A DNA stretch of 64,000 nt from Malacoraja senta. Its lineage: Eukaryota. Numbering within the stretch: the stretch's first letter is position 1; each line of letters begins with the position of its first letter. Both the position numbers and the translations under genes were made by a program. Positions 1 through 12,593 of the stretch are shown here, in pieces. The notes below the pieces were generated by a model. The model did not search any database and was not told the origin of the DNA. It saw nothing but the letters and a program-made list of their open reading frames with translations. The DNA lies in assembly GCA_038087875.1 (NCBI GenBank), contig JAXLNO010004994.1, positions 1-64,000 of the forward strand, in the 5' to 3' direction.

Positions 1-131
1 CGGACTTTGCTGGATTCGCCTTACACTAAACGTAATTTCCTTTTCATGTATCTATGCACTGTAAGAGGATCGATTGTAATCCTGTATTGTCTTTCTGCTG
101 GAGACGTCAAGTCATTCGCTGCGAAACATAC

Positions 132-446
132 CGTCAGATACTTCGAGTAAAACGTTAAATATTGGATGGTCGGCTGATGTTGAAATTCCACAGCTGTACC
201 ATCCTGTATCTTCCGAGTGAAGATCCTCCACAGTCACAATAAATATTCCTCGTGCCGGGTTATCTGTGATTGACACTCTTCCACTCCGTCCGTGTTGCCC
301 ATTTGTTTCCACTAAAACTCTACACGATCGACTCCTCCCACGGCACCAGTATTTTGTGTGTGAGCGGTACTCTGCTGCATAGTGACAATCGATTGTGATC
401 TCTCTTCCCACAACTCCTTTTACTTCCCACTCTGCCCACACTGCAC
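132..446 (-). CDS. Gene C, V-type Ig exon V1 (CD300/pIgR-like)
   Basis: Acceptor ...ctcagtttcag|GT GCA GTG TGG and donor TCT GAC G|GTATGT; 315 nt, phase 1-1, open. Motifs ITIDC, KYWCRG..C (extra C-C' disulfide typical of CD300/pIgR/TREM) and DTGWYSC. Confidence 0.92.
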
Positions 447-652
447 CTGAAACTGAGCGGAGAAACTTTCAGATGGAGAGCAAATTAACTGTTTAATGGT
501 AATTGATACATTTTGAAGATTACATGAAAGAAAACGTAAAACGTTCCATAATGTGTCATATTGCTTCACGACCAATGTCTCCGGTCTGAAGTGCAGACAG
601 TGCTGTTATTGTACCAGTTGTGTCAATGTTCTGTCCGCGGCTCAGTACAATT

Positions 653-782
653 TGGGTTCACTTCCCACTCCAGATCCCTGAGCAGAAACTGGGCTGGGAT
701 CGCAGTGCGGTTCTGAGGGAGCGCGGCAGTGTTGCAGGAGCTGCCTTCCAACAATCCCAGGCGGTGCCCGGCCTCTCACCCT
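653..782 (+). mobile_element. Deu-domain SINE relic in the intron upstream of V exons
   Basis: gggttca..cccactccaga..tgagca..ggctg..cagtgcagtactgagggag..tgca..gtc/gttg..gag/ggtgcc pattern matches my recollection of the DeuSINE core. Copies at about 29228, 33517, 35999, 58808 and 63078; reverse copy at about 17085-17165. Confidence 0.6.
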
Positions 783-2019
783 AAAGAAAGACCCCACTTT
801 GCTATTTAATTGGCGGTGCCGCCGGCTGCGCTGCCAACATTCATCTCTCAACCGACACTGGGCCGGACACGTGTTTAAAAAAAAAATATTATCAAATAAT
901 TTATTTAATTATTGAAAATAATATTGACGATACAATAAAACAAAACAGAACCCACCACCATAATACAAGACAAACAAATAAACGAAATAAACAACTATAC
1001 AACTATGTTACAATACTTGTCAAGGATGTATTCAACCCCAGGCGGTGCCCAGATGTCCCGGAAACATTTATCTCTCAACCGACACTGGGCCGGACCCGTG
1101 TTTAGACATTCACCGCCGCCACTGCCTTTATAAAGCCCTGACTGAGGACACTGAGGACGGACGAGTTACAATAATGCGGGTATATTACCGGAGAGCGTTA
1201 CTAGCGTGAAAACGCACACCGCCAGATTCGGGGACAGTTCCTTTCCAGTTGCACTCACACATCAGTATCATCCTACCACAACCAGAGAGCAGTGCTGAAC
1301 TATCTACCTCTTTGGTGACCCTCGGAATACCCTTGATCGGACTTCGCTGGCTTTACCTTACACTTTATTTCCCTTTCATGTATCTATGCACTGTAAGAGG
1401 ATCGATTATAATCATGTATCTGTCTGATTAGCACGCAACAAAAAGCTTTTCACTGTACCTCGGTACACGTGACAATAACCTGAACTTGCATTTTAGCGCG
1501 ACTGGGTTGCGGATTGGAAAGAGGATGGAGAGAGAGTTGGGGGTGGGTGGATAGAGCGAGAACAGTGGTTCAGTCTCAGACTGCGGGGAATTGTTGGGTT
1601 TGCGACAGAGTTGAGTTGGACAAATGCAGGGAATATTTGAACTGATACAATGAGTCCACAATCCCGACCACCCCCCCCCTCAGTTGTAAACACATTTAAA
1701 AGGTGTAGAATTAACTTCCTGGTGATGTTGTAACCTCTGTCCTTCGGTCCAGGTATCTTGGAGTATCTGCTCCAAATTCATTTGCTATTTTATGCCTATA
1801 AACTATCACCAGGATGCAATTAGACCGTGTCAACAGTGGTTAAACTACGAACATAGTCTAGATATTCAAATGTGATTTCAGATCCATCACCACAATGCAC
1901 TGAGTTGCATCTCCCCCATTACATGTCTACACATACTTAACTATCTCTGCTGTGGAAAGGGTGCATGAGACCCCAAATAACATTGATCATTGGAATATCC
2001 GGATCTGGCTTTCACTCAC

Positions 2020-2056
2020 CCGGCAGCGAGGAGATGAGAAGAATGGGAATCCACAT
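2020..2056 (-). CDS. Gene C signal-peptide exon (MWIPILLISSLP-G)
   Basis: ATG at 2056, 12 hydrophobic codons, donor CCG G|GTGAGT (phase 1). Splices in frame to V1 giving MWIPILLISSLPGAVWA. Identical copy at 37365-37401. Confidence 0.88.
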
Positions 2057-2122
2057 TGTTTTATCCACAGTGACGAGGCCAGCACTTGTCTGTCTGTCGC
2101 TCAGCTCGTAGCTCTCAGATAC

Positions 2123-2129
2123 AACCGCA
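2123..2129 (+). promoter_or_regulatory. RUNX-type motif (AACCGCA) about 70 bp upstream of the leader ATG
   Basis: Exact consensus match, also present at the paralogous position upstream of gene B's leader. Short motif with no functional evidence. Confidence 0.25.
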
Positions 2130-2780
2130 TCTCTCAAATAGCAATGACGAAGAAGGGAACAGGACTTCAGATCCTGAACCACAGCGAGCCAGCAGCAGCT
2201 CCACACGTTACAGTGTGAAAGGATCAGGGTTATATTTAACAAATGGTTGGGTCAGATGATCACAGAGTCATACGTCACGGAAACAGGCCCTTCTCCCCAA
2301 CGCGTTAGACCAATGTGCATATCTAAGTTAGTTAGATTTTCCCACATTTAAACCCGAAACTCCCCAAACCTTCCCCTTACATGGACCTGTCCAATGCTCG
2401 TTAGATGTTGTTATTGCTGCTGCTTCAACCACTTCGTCAAGTGTGATGTATCCGTAAGGATGGAGCTGTGATTATCTCTGTACTCAGAGTCTGTTAACAC
2501 TGAACAGTGGTGGAAATAATGCTAGACAAAAAAAATGCAGGAGGAACTCTGCGGGCCAGGCAGCATCTCTGGAGAAAATCGATAGGTGATGTTTCGGGTC
2601 GGGACCCTTCTTGTAAACAATGATACATTGGATAAAATATGACATTTAGAAGAGTAGAAACGTCTAAGATGTGTAAACTTCGGATCATTTCCTCTCGTTG
2701 ATTTTGTAAGTGGACCGGCAGATTAAAAATATAATAATTGGAACTTTTGTTGTGGCATATTACTGGGGACAAGGGGCAAA

Positions 2781-2803
2781 ACAGGAAGCTGGCGTGAGGA
2801 AGT
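2781..2803 (+). promoter_or_regulatory. Tandem ETS/PU.1-type motifs (ACAGGAAGC...GAGGAAGT) about 730 bp upstream of the ATG
   Basis: Two GGAA cores, both retained at 38126-38148 upstream of gene B. Retention may only reflect recent duplication. Confidence 0.25.
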
Positions 2804-3679
2804 AGGGGCTTTTCACCTGAAATCAGCTGAGGTTAATTGGAATTTGACCTTCTCCTCTCTGCTTCAACTCTTTAATTCAAACTTTGAAACACTATTGTCA
2901 TGCTATTCACGTTTTGAAAATGACAATTAATGGTGTAGTGGACTGTGAATACGTTTGTCTAGAATTACCACAGGATGGAGATCAGCTGGGAAAGCGGGAT
3001 GTGGAATGTAACTGACATGTGTAATGTAATTCAAACAAGGGCGAAGTGATACACTTAGTGAAGTTAAAGCAAGGTAAAATATGCACGTTGAATAGAATTG
3101 TTAACTTGTCTTCATTGCAATACAGAGCTCATATATTATCAGTGTTCTGTTCATGTATATGTCAGTTGCTGACTTTTTACATCTGCTTGCATCGATTCAT
3201 TTCAATCTGTAGGCAAATAGTTGCATTATAATATAGCCTAATATCTGCAGCGGGCTATCGTTCTAGGTGTGTTACTTTCAGGGGAAGAGTGCAGTTTATT
3301 CGGGTTGTGTACATCAGTGTCAATGTTGTGTATCACGTGGCATCGGTGTAACACATTGATGTGTCCGCCACTGATGTTAGATGAGCGTTGACGGCCCTCT
3401 GTAAAGGATCTTTTGTTAGGAGCTATTTCATGTTTACTTGCCCAACTAAACATACTGCAAAGAGGAACCGACGATGCACCAAAACAATTTAATTCTGTCT
3501 TCATTCGCCATTGACCCATGACTTCTGCAAACACTCTTCAGCAAACAATGTTACAACGAGTTGCTCGCAAGATGCGGTTCAGAGATACGAATCTACACAC
3601 CCTTGTTGTAGCAACGCGAGCAAAGTGTCAGCAGCGAGTCCACACTGACCGCATACACACTGGGGACAATTTTCATTAA

Positions 3680-3850
3680 TAGCAAGCCAATTAACATACA
3701 TACCTGTACGTCTTTGGAGTGTGGGAGGAGGCGGAAGATATCGAAGAAAACCCATGCGATCACGGGGAGAACGTACAAACTCCATACACGTCGAACCCGG
3801 GTCTCCGGCGATGCAAGCGCTGTGCGGCAGCAACTCTACCGTTGCGCCAT
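3680..3850 (-). mobile_element. tRNA-derived HE1-like SINE
   Basis: Reverse complement of the ggcgca..cggtagagttgctgcc..gacccgggttcga..gtttgtacgttctcccc..gtacaggt SINE body. Similar copies near 6690-6790, 7427-7595, 10447-10630 and 16840-17050 (minus), and 13000-13190, 21803-22030, 48365-48685 and 50945-51265 (plus). Confidence 0.75.
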
Positions 3851-4074
3851 CGTGGCCTTTATTTTTGTCCTTTAACTCATTTGTACGGTAGACAAAATGA
3901 ATAACTCGTTGCGGCATTAAAATGTATATCAATATTACTGTACTCAAAAGACGCGAAAGTGGGGTGATATAGAATTAGTGTGGAAGGGTTGATTGCTGGT
4001 TTACGTGGAATCGGTGGGCCAAATGGTCTGTATCCATGCTGTATCATTCAATCACTTAATCAAAAAATATTGTT

Positions 4075-4700
4075 GTACAACATGCTGGAGTAACTCAGCG
4101 GGACAGGCAGCATCTATGAATGAAAGGAATGGGTGACGTTTCGGGTCGAGACCCTTCTTCAGACTGAAGTCAGGGGAGAGGGAGATACTTGGATAAGGAA
4201 CTGTAAGGCGTGAAACCAAAGGTGATGTGGATCAAGGAAAATGTAGAATAGATTATTGTTAGCTGGGAGAAGGTGACAACAACGCAATTAGAGATAAAAT
4301 ATAACCGGGGACTGTCAAACTGATCGGAGTACTGGGAAGGTGGGGGAGGGGAGGGGAGGGCGGGTGGATTGAGAGGGAAAGCAAGGGTTACTTGAAGTTA
4401 GTGAAGTAATTGTTCATACGGCTGGGGTGTAAGCTGCCCAAGCGAAATATGAGGTGCTGTTCCTCGAATTTACGCTGGGACTCACTATGACAATGGAGGA
4501 TGCCCAGGATTGAAATGTCAGTGTGTGAATGGGAGGGGGGTGTTAAAGTGTTTAGCGACCGGGATATCAGGTAGATTTAGGCGGACTGAGCGGCGGTGTT
4601 CAGCGAAACGATCGCCGAGAAGCGACAACAAGCGCAGGCTCGGCGATCGTCTCGCTGAACACCGCCGCTCAGTCCGCCTAAACCTACCTGATCGATCCAC
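4075..4700 (-). mobile_element. Penelope-like retroelement 3' fragment (GIY-YIG C-terminus) with inverted end
   Basis: Translates to RLGDRFAEHRRSVRLNLPDIPVAKHFN; terminal ctgaagaagggtctcgacccgaaacgtc motif; 54-bp inverted repeat at 4566-4692. Confidence 0.75.
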
Positions 4701-5739
4701 AGATACTGCCTATCACGCTGAGTTACCCCAGCAATTTATGTCTATCTTCAGTTTAAAACAGCATCTGGAGTTCCTTCCAACCTAAAAATTAGTTGCATAT
4801 CGGAAATTAAATCTGCAGATGTTAGATGTGCTTAGCGCATCAGTCAACATCTGTGGAGATAAAAAAATTAGGCTAATAGTCAAAACAATGTCGTTGCATA
4901 ACTTTGATTTGATAGAATAGCATGGTCTGAAAGATTAACTGATTGCCTTTCCTAAACGCCTTTAACGTTTGGCAACCGGAGGAATATCCAGCAGTCTGAT
5001 TGCAGTCTGTTCTTCATCACTAAAGTTGCAGTATATACAAAACAAATCAGACAAACAATTTATCGACAATAACAATTTATTAAGAAGCATTATGATGCAT
5101 TATTATTCAGTAATCAGCGAAAACATTTTTTTCCAGGAAGTTGAATGCATATAATATAGTTTAACAGAGTATAAGACGTTGGAGCAACGGAAAACATGCA
5201 AAGGTTAAAACAACAGTTCGAAGGTGACGAAAGAAACCTTGGAAGAGGTGACAAACAATCAGATCATTGCGGGAAATGCGTTTTGGAAACAGATATGGTT
5301 TGGAAACTTTGGAACATTGCTTTGAAGTCACTTTCATGAATTCATTAGTTGAATTGCAATAGACGTATATTCCGTCGAATTGATATCAGTTGACAAAGCA
5401 GGATGATGCATAAATATTTCATCGCGGTGCAGAATTCCCTCACTGTTGGTGCAAGCTAGGTGTCTTCATTGTAATTCGTGGGTCGAGTGGCCAGCTTCTG
5501 ACTCATCGCGTCTCTGCAAAAGACAATGTGAAGTCATCAGACTCATTGACAGTGGGAACCACGCTTTATTTGACCCGACCACCCCCAACACATTGCTGTC
5601 TGGAAGATGGACCCCTATGAATCCACACCGGGCACAGAAATCCATTCTGCACACGTACAACCTGACAATACCTCGTGATATCATATACATCGAGATTTGG
5701 TTTAACTTCAGGATATGAAAACCTGCACGGTTTTTGTTG

Positions 5740-6033
5740 TGTACTTTAAATGTTGGATCGCCAGATGTAATAATTCCACATCTGTACCATCCTGTATCTC
5801 CAGAGTTAAGATCCTCCACAGTCACAGTAAATGTTCCTCGTGCCGGGTTATCTGTGATTGACACTCTTCCGCTCTGTCCATGTTTCCCATTTGTTTCCAC
5901 CACATGTGTACGTTGGCGACTTGTCCCACGGCACCAGTATTTGTGTGTGAGCGGTACGCTGCTGCATAGTGACATACGATTGTGATCGCTTTACCTACAA
6001 CCACTCTTTCTGCGCTCCCTGCCCACAGTGCAC
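5740..6033 (-). pseudogene. Orphan truncated V exon V2 (V3/V7 class)
   Basis: Acceptor AG mutated to AT (ttcat|gtg). 1-nt deletion at KYWC (agtatttg vs agtattttg). 3' end (LQVSEG plus donor) is replaced by intergenic sequence at about 5739. Confidence 0.85.
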
Positions 6034-7201
6034 ATGAAACTGAAGGTTAAATATTTCATAATTTGAAGAGGAAAATTAGCCTTTCACAAACAGATACATT
6101 ATAATATACATCACTGTGTACAGGGGAGACCGCCCAATCATTTTCGTAACTGTGTTGAATTCCACCTAGATTGCGATGAGAGACAGATACTGTACACCGT
6201 CCCTCACCACCTGCACAGGTCGTTCCAAAGCACTTCCCAGCCAGTGTTGGTGGGAATGGTGAAGAATAATGCCTTGAACACGGAGCCTTTTGCAATTGCA
6301 AGGCGCTGTCGAGGGAGTCTTGGTGAGTTGCTGCAGTGCATCGTGCTAAACTGCTGCTGCTCTGCATCAGCGGGGGAGGTTGAGGATGGGGTGTCTATCA
6401 AGCGCGATTCTGGGTCATGACAGACCAAGCACAAGTGTTCAGCGAAACTGTGGCCCAGGTTTTGCTTGGCCACGCTGATGTAAACCATTCACACTCTCTT
6501 CTGGACTTCCCTCCTGAGCGTCTCCACACCTACTGGGAGATACATTTCAAAATAATTTTGACAAAAGTAAGGAAAATATGGAGTGACGGCCAAGCAGATT
6601 CACTTTAATGTTTTGCGATTCCTGGAGTTCCTCCAGAGATTCATACAAATTAATACGTTTTTAATCCTGCCGTGATCATGAAATTCTACATCATTGGTTA
6701 CAAATGATTTACAGACAGCACTCGAGGTCAGTATCGAACTTGGGACTCGGATGCTGTGCGGCAGCGGCTCTACCTGCTGTGCCAATGTGTGATTGTCTGA
6801 CATATATTTCAACTTACCTTGCAGGCAAGAACAAGGATTGAACCCTGGGTAGCAACATGGGAGCTGCATGCTTGCAAACCGGCAAGCAAACTGCAGAATT
6901 AAGTCTATGGTACATCCTCCTCGATGGTTTTGCAAGCCGACTGTGAACATCCTACGTTGGGTGGTGGTGGGAAGGGCTCCAAAGTCAGATCCTTTTTGCG
7001 TTGCGTTGTGTTGCACAACCACAGATCTGCACAAGGCAGCTGTGCTCTGGACAAAACTGTTATCCATCTACTTCTGGAGTGTGCAATTGGCAAAAAAACG
7101 TTATAGATACAGCGTGGAAACAGGCTCTTCGGCCCACTGAGACCGCGCCAACCAGTGTTCACCCCATATACAATTTACTGTGCAATTTAACCTACAAACC
7201 T

Positions 7202-7392
7202 AAGGTACACAAAAATGCTGGAGAAACTCAGCGGCTGCAGCAGCATCTATGGAGCGAAGGAAATAGGCAACGTTTCGGGCCGAAACCCTTCTTCAGTCTG
7301 AAGAAGGGTTTCGGCCCGAAACGTTGCCTATTTCCTTCGCTCCATAGATGCTGCTGCACCCGCTGAGTATCTCCAGCATTTTTGTGTACCTT
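7202..7392. repeat. 191-bp near-perfect palindrome of two Penelope termini
   Basis: 95-bp arms (7202-7296 and 7298-7392) centred on cttcagTctgaag, with 2 mismatches. Confidence 0.9.
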
Positions 7393-10050
7393 CGATTTTC
7401 CAGCATCTGCAGTTCCTTCTTTAACAACCTACAAACCTATATGTCTTTGGAGTGTGGGAGGAAACCGGAGCACCCCGAGAAACATGTGTACACAAGGAGA
7501 ACGTACAAACTCCATACAGACAGCACCCGAAGTCAGCATCGAACCTGGGTCTCAGGCGCTGTAAGGCAGCGACTCTACCGCTGTGCCACTGTGTTCCACC
7601 CACTGACCTGCCAGGGCAATGTGCTCTCCCTGAGATAACATTCTTATACTCTACATGTTATTGCTGAATACTTGAGAACCAGAGGACATCATTTGAGAAG
7701 CAGTGGGCATAGGTTTAAGGTTGGGGAAAGATTTAATAGGAACCTGAGGGAAGCTGGACAGGATAGGTTTAGAGAGATATGGGCCAAATTTCTTTAGTCA
7801 GAGGTTGGTGAATTTGTGGAATTTATTTCAACAGACAACTGTGGAAGCCAATTCGATGGATATTTAGGCAGAGATTGACAGATACCTGATTAGTGTGGGA
7901 GTCAGGGGTTATGGGGAGAAGGCAGGTGAATGGAGTTGAGAGGGGAAGATAGATCAGCCATGATTGAATGGCGGAGTAGACTTGATGGGCCGAAAGGCCT
8001 AAATCTGCACTTAGAACTTATGAACCTATGAACATTGTTTGTTTGTGGGTTTCTGCTGCTGCAGTCATATTCTGAAAAAGTAACACCAGTCTGAAGTAGG
8101 GTCCTGACTTGAAATGTCACCTGCCCATTTCCTTTCACATATGCTGCTTGAACCACTGAAGTGTTTTTTTTTGTGTTTTGCTCAACGGCTCATATTAACA
8201 GGAAGCACGTTGACCACAGCAAGATGCAGCTCACACATTTGGCTCAGAACTATATATTTCTTTCCATCGCACGTTGGCCTTTGATGTGTTTGTACATTGA
8301 CTGGAAATGTGTTCAAAACAAATAAATGTGTATTGTTGGGTGAACAATTTATTGAACAAATATATCAGGCCCCATTCGGTCCTTCATAACTACACCATGC
8401 ATTAAAATCGTAGCTTATCCTTTATCATGTCAGTTTCCAGTACTAGTTCTATTTCCATAGATCCCTTAATATCAAAGAAACAATTGTTCCCAGGCTAGAT
8501 TGTATTGAAGTCATTGAGTCATACAACGCAGAAACAGGCCATTTGTCCCAACTTACCCCGTAGGTCGTGTACTCATGTACTGGGGAGGGGCGTTGTAGAT
8601 GGGAACATTTCACGTGGACTCCGGGGGCTTATTTTCAGAACAAATTATTTTTATTACACATTGGCCAAATTTAGTTACACATGTCCTTGGGCAGATGCCC
8701 TCAGATACAAAGCATTCATTGCCTTTTACACAACCACATCTACATTGCCTTCCTCCCCTTCCTCCACCTTGCATTCTCAGTTAGTACAAAAGATAAAGGA
8801 ATTCATGTATATTGCTCTATTGTGCTGCTGCAAGTACATACTCTATGATAATAAAACACTCTTGACTTACTTCTTGCATTCTAATAAATTAGAAAATCTA
8901 TGAATATTTCTGCCGTTCCACGCTAAATTACTCACATCCCTCCCCATTTCCTCTTGGCTAGGCCGTATCTAGGGATGGGCTCACTTAAGATCAGTTTATT
9001 TGCAACTGGTCACTGAGGCAGGTAAAATCCAGTCTTGACCAAGTTTCAGTGAGGCCCCTTACCCACGCTTGAGGATTATTTTACATCTTGGGCTTATCTG
9101 CTTTAGACCACTATCATCTTGAACCCATGTTCTTGCTTGATCTATTGCCCCTTTACGGACTTGAACCCATAATATTTTGGCCCAGAGACTATGGGTTGTG
9201 GTGTGCTTAGGCTGACCTTTGCAAGGAATTACGATGGGAATGTTCAATTACACAGACCCCACTCTTCTTAGTCTGAATGTTCAATTAACCCACCTTTTGA
9301 CCATTATAACGATGTTTCTCTTACCTCTGACTCTTGTGGATCTCGGCAGGGAACCAGATCAACCTCAGACGAGGGACCACGGTTTCCCGAAAACTCGTTC
9401 GGGAGTTCAGACTCAATGGATCCGATAGTACACTTTTTACCCCCTCGAGGACCCGGCCAGATAACAGCTGCTTACGCAGTCGTCAGGGATGGTCCCAGCG
9501 AAATCCTGCCGACTACGCCAATGTTAAATTTCAATCCGCGCTATCAAACAACAAACCACATTAGTCACTTTAAGAATGTAACAATTCCTCTTTATTACGC
9601 ACGTGGGAGTTGGAGAGCATCCATGAGTATGTTTACATAATCGTTGCCCCTCACGGTCCCACTCAATTGTTCTGTGCACAGGCAGTATATTTATACATGA
9701 GTAGTCATGTGTCCAGCTAATCACACAATCAGCACATTTCTGCACTGGTTCTTATTGTTTAGAGCAGATGTGTTTTTTTTCTGCAGTACTACTTGGTATC
9801 GGGCCTCTTCCCTTTTTAGTCACAATACCCTTTGCAGTTCTGCAAAACCATTCATTAGTTAGCAATCCTAAGTAAGTAAAGCAGGCTCACCACGTTCAAC
9901 AAGCAATCTGTCATGTACACATTAACTCTTAAACCCCCATCCTACTCGACACATGCTTGCAAACCAGCAAGCAAACTGCAGAGTTAAGTCTATGGTACTT
10001 CCTCCCTGATGGTTTTGCAAGCCGACAGTGAACATCCTTCCTTGGGTATT

Positions 10051-10230
10051 ATAGACAATAGACAATAGACAATAGACAATAGACAATAGACAATATGTGT
10101 AGGAGTAGGCCATTCGGCCCTACGAGCCAGCACCGCCATTTAATGCGATGATGGCTGATCATCCACAATCAGTACCATGTTCCTGCCTTCTCCCCTTATC
10201 CCCTGACTCTGCTATTTAAGAGCCCTATCA
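10051..10230 (-). mobile_element. CR1 3'-end fragment with (ATAGACA)n tail repeat
   Basis: (atagaca)x6 followed by gtaggagtaggccattcggccc, the CR1 3' UTR seen in the other copies. Confidence 0.7.
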
Positions 10231-10740
10231 AGTTGGTGGGAAGGGCTCCCCAGTCAGACCATTTTATCGTTGCGTTGTGTTGCACAACGTCCGAGTTACA
10301 CAAAGCAGCTGTGCTTTGGACAAGACTGGTATCCATCTCCTTCGGGTGTGCGCAATTGAGAAGAAAACGTTATGGATACAGCGTGGAAACAGGGTCTTCG
10401 GCCCATCGACACCGCGCCAATCAGTGTTCACCCCATATACAATTTATTGAGCAAATTAACCTACAAACCTGTATGTCTTTGGAGTGTGGGTGGAAATTGG
10501 AGCACTCAGAGAAAACCCATGCGGACACAGGGAGAACGTACACACTCCATAGAGACAGCACCCGAAGTCAGCATCGTACCTGGATCTCAGCCGCTGTAAT
10601 GCAGCAACTCTACCGCTGTGCCACTGTGTTTCACCTGAAACCCACTAACCTGCCAGGACAAGGTGCTCTCCCTGAGCGAACATTTTTACACTCTACATAT
10701 TAGTGCTGAACACGTGAGGACCAGAGGACATAGGTTTAAG

Positions 10741-10829
10741 GGGAGAGAGGGGGGGTGAGAGGGGCGGGGGGGTGAGGAGGGGGGGGGGGTGAGTGGGGGG
10801 GGGGAGGGGGGGGTGGAGGGGGGGGGGGA
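10741..10829 (+). repeat. G-rich low-complexity tract inside a CR1 fragment
   Basis: About 90 nt made mostly of G runs. Confidence 0.85.
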
Positions 10830-12593
10830 AGATTTAATAGGAACCTGAGGGTACCTGGACATGATAGGTTTAGAGAGATATGGGCCAAATTTCTTTAGTC
10901 AGAGGGTGGTGAATCTGTGGAATTTATTTTCACGGACGGTTGTGGAAGCCAAGTCAATGGATATTTCGGAGGCAGAGATTGAAAGATTCCTGATCAGTGT
11001 GGGTTTCAGGGATTATAAGGAGAAGGCAGGAGAATTGGGTTGAGAGGGGAAGATAGATCAGCCATGATTGAAGTGTGGAGTAGACTTGAATGGCCGAGAT
11101 GCCTAATTCTGCATTAAAACGTACTAACCTATGCACATTGTATGTTTGTGGGTTTCTGCGGCAGTCATATTCTGAGAAAAGTAACACCAGTCCGAAGTAG
11201 GGTCCTGACCTGAAATGTCATCTGCCCATTTCCTGTCAGAGATGCTGCTTGACCCACTGAGGTGTTTTTTTGTGTTTACTCAACTGCACATATTAACAGG
11301 AAGCTCGTTGACCACAGAAAGATGCAGCTCACACATTTGACTCAGAACCCAATATCTATTTCCATCGCACGATGGCCTTTGATGTGTTTGTACATTGACT
11401 GGAAATGTGTTTTTAAAAAAAAGTGTATTGTAGGGTGAACAAATTAATGAACAAATATGTCAGTCCGCACTAGGTCCTTCATAACTACACCATGCATTAA
11501 AATCATACCTTATCCTTTATCATCTCAATATCCAGTACTAGTTCTATTTCCGTGAATCCTTCAATATTGAAGAAACAATTGTTCCCAGGCTAGAGTGTAT
11601 TCGAGTCATAGATTCATACAACGAAGAAACAGACCCTTTGGCCCAACTAACCCCTCCTCACTACGAGCCATGGAAAACCTAATCCCTTCACCTGCACTCT
11701 CCTGCTCTGTAAGAACTGTGTATATTTCGAACAGAGTACCTCTAGAGTTTAGAAGAGGTCCTGTAGAAATGCTGCTAAGATCAGCATTTCCAATTGAACT
11801 TACTTCTGCTGTATCTTGGGCTTCTCTGCCTTATCCCACTATCCACTTGAACCCATTTTCTTACTTGATCCATTGCCGCTTTATTGACTTGAACGCACAA
11901 TATTTTGGCCCAGAGACAATGGGTTGAGGTGTGCTTAGGCTGACCCTTGCTAGGAATTATGATGGAAGGGTTGGGGAATTTGTGGGTGGAGGGAATGAGG
12001 GTGGGTATGACAAGAATGGGAACCAGTGCCGTTTTATCATTTGTATGCGTGATCTAGAGTCATTCATTATACTGGCGGATGAAAGAGATCGTAGAAGTGA
12101 GTGTAATTCGTAAGGTCATCAGTGATAGGGGCAGACAATTTTGCCCACCAAGGCTACTCAACCATTGAATCATCGCTGATCTACCTCTCCCTCCTAACAT
12201 CACTCTCCTGCCTTCTCCCCATCACCCCTTACACCTGATGAATTGAACGAACCAGCTCAGAAGGAGCTTGACAAAGTATAGCTATAAAAAGATGCCGGTT
12301 TATCCAAAGACGAACCCAAAATGCTGGAGTAACTCAGATGGTCAAGAAATATCTCTGGTGAGAATTAATGGGTAACATTGTGGGTCAGGACCTTTCTACA
12401 GACCATCTGAATATGGGTCCCAACGTCAAACATCACCTGTCTATATTCTCCAGAGATGCTGTCTGACCTGTTGAGTTACTCCAGCATTTTGTGTCCATCT
12501 TTGACAACGTATAGGACAGATTAAAGCAGTGTAGTCTAAATAGAGTGGTAAAGCAAGTATTGCTAAAAACTCACACCGAATTAAAGATCTCTC

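Larger units (their letters stand above)
6865..11970. repeat. Older diverged tandem duplication (about 6865-9240 vs 9950-11970)
   Basis: Colinear shared blocks (atgcttgcaaacc.., ggtgggaagggctcc.., gtgctctccctgag.., attaacaggaagc.., tattttggcccagagac..), roughly 80-85% identical by eye. Confidence 0.7.

Noticed and set aside
5466-5975. 169-aa ORF as an intact V gene with a long tail
   Set aside because: It is a chimera of the frameshifted V2 remnant and intergenic sequence across a deletion junction.
10741-10829. Functional G-quadruplex element
   Set aside because: It is an expansion of a short G run within a CR1 fragment (the paralogous copy near 7.72 kb lacks it) and is also prone to sequencing error.
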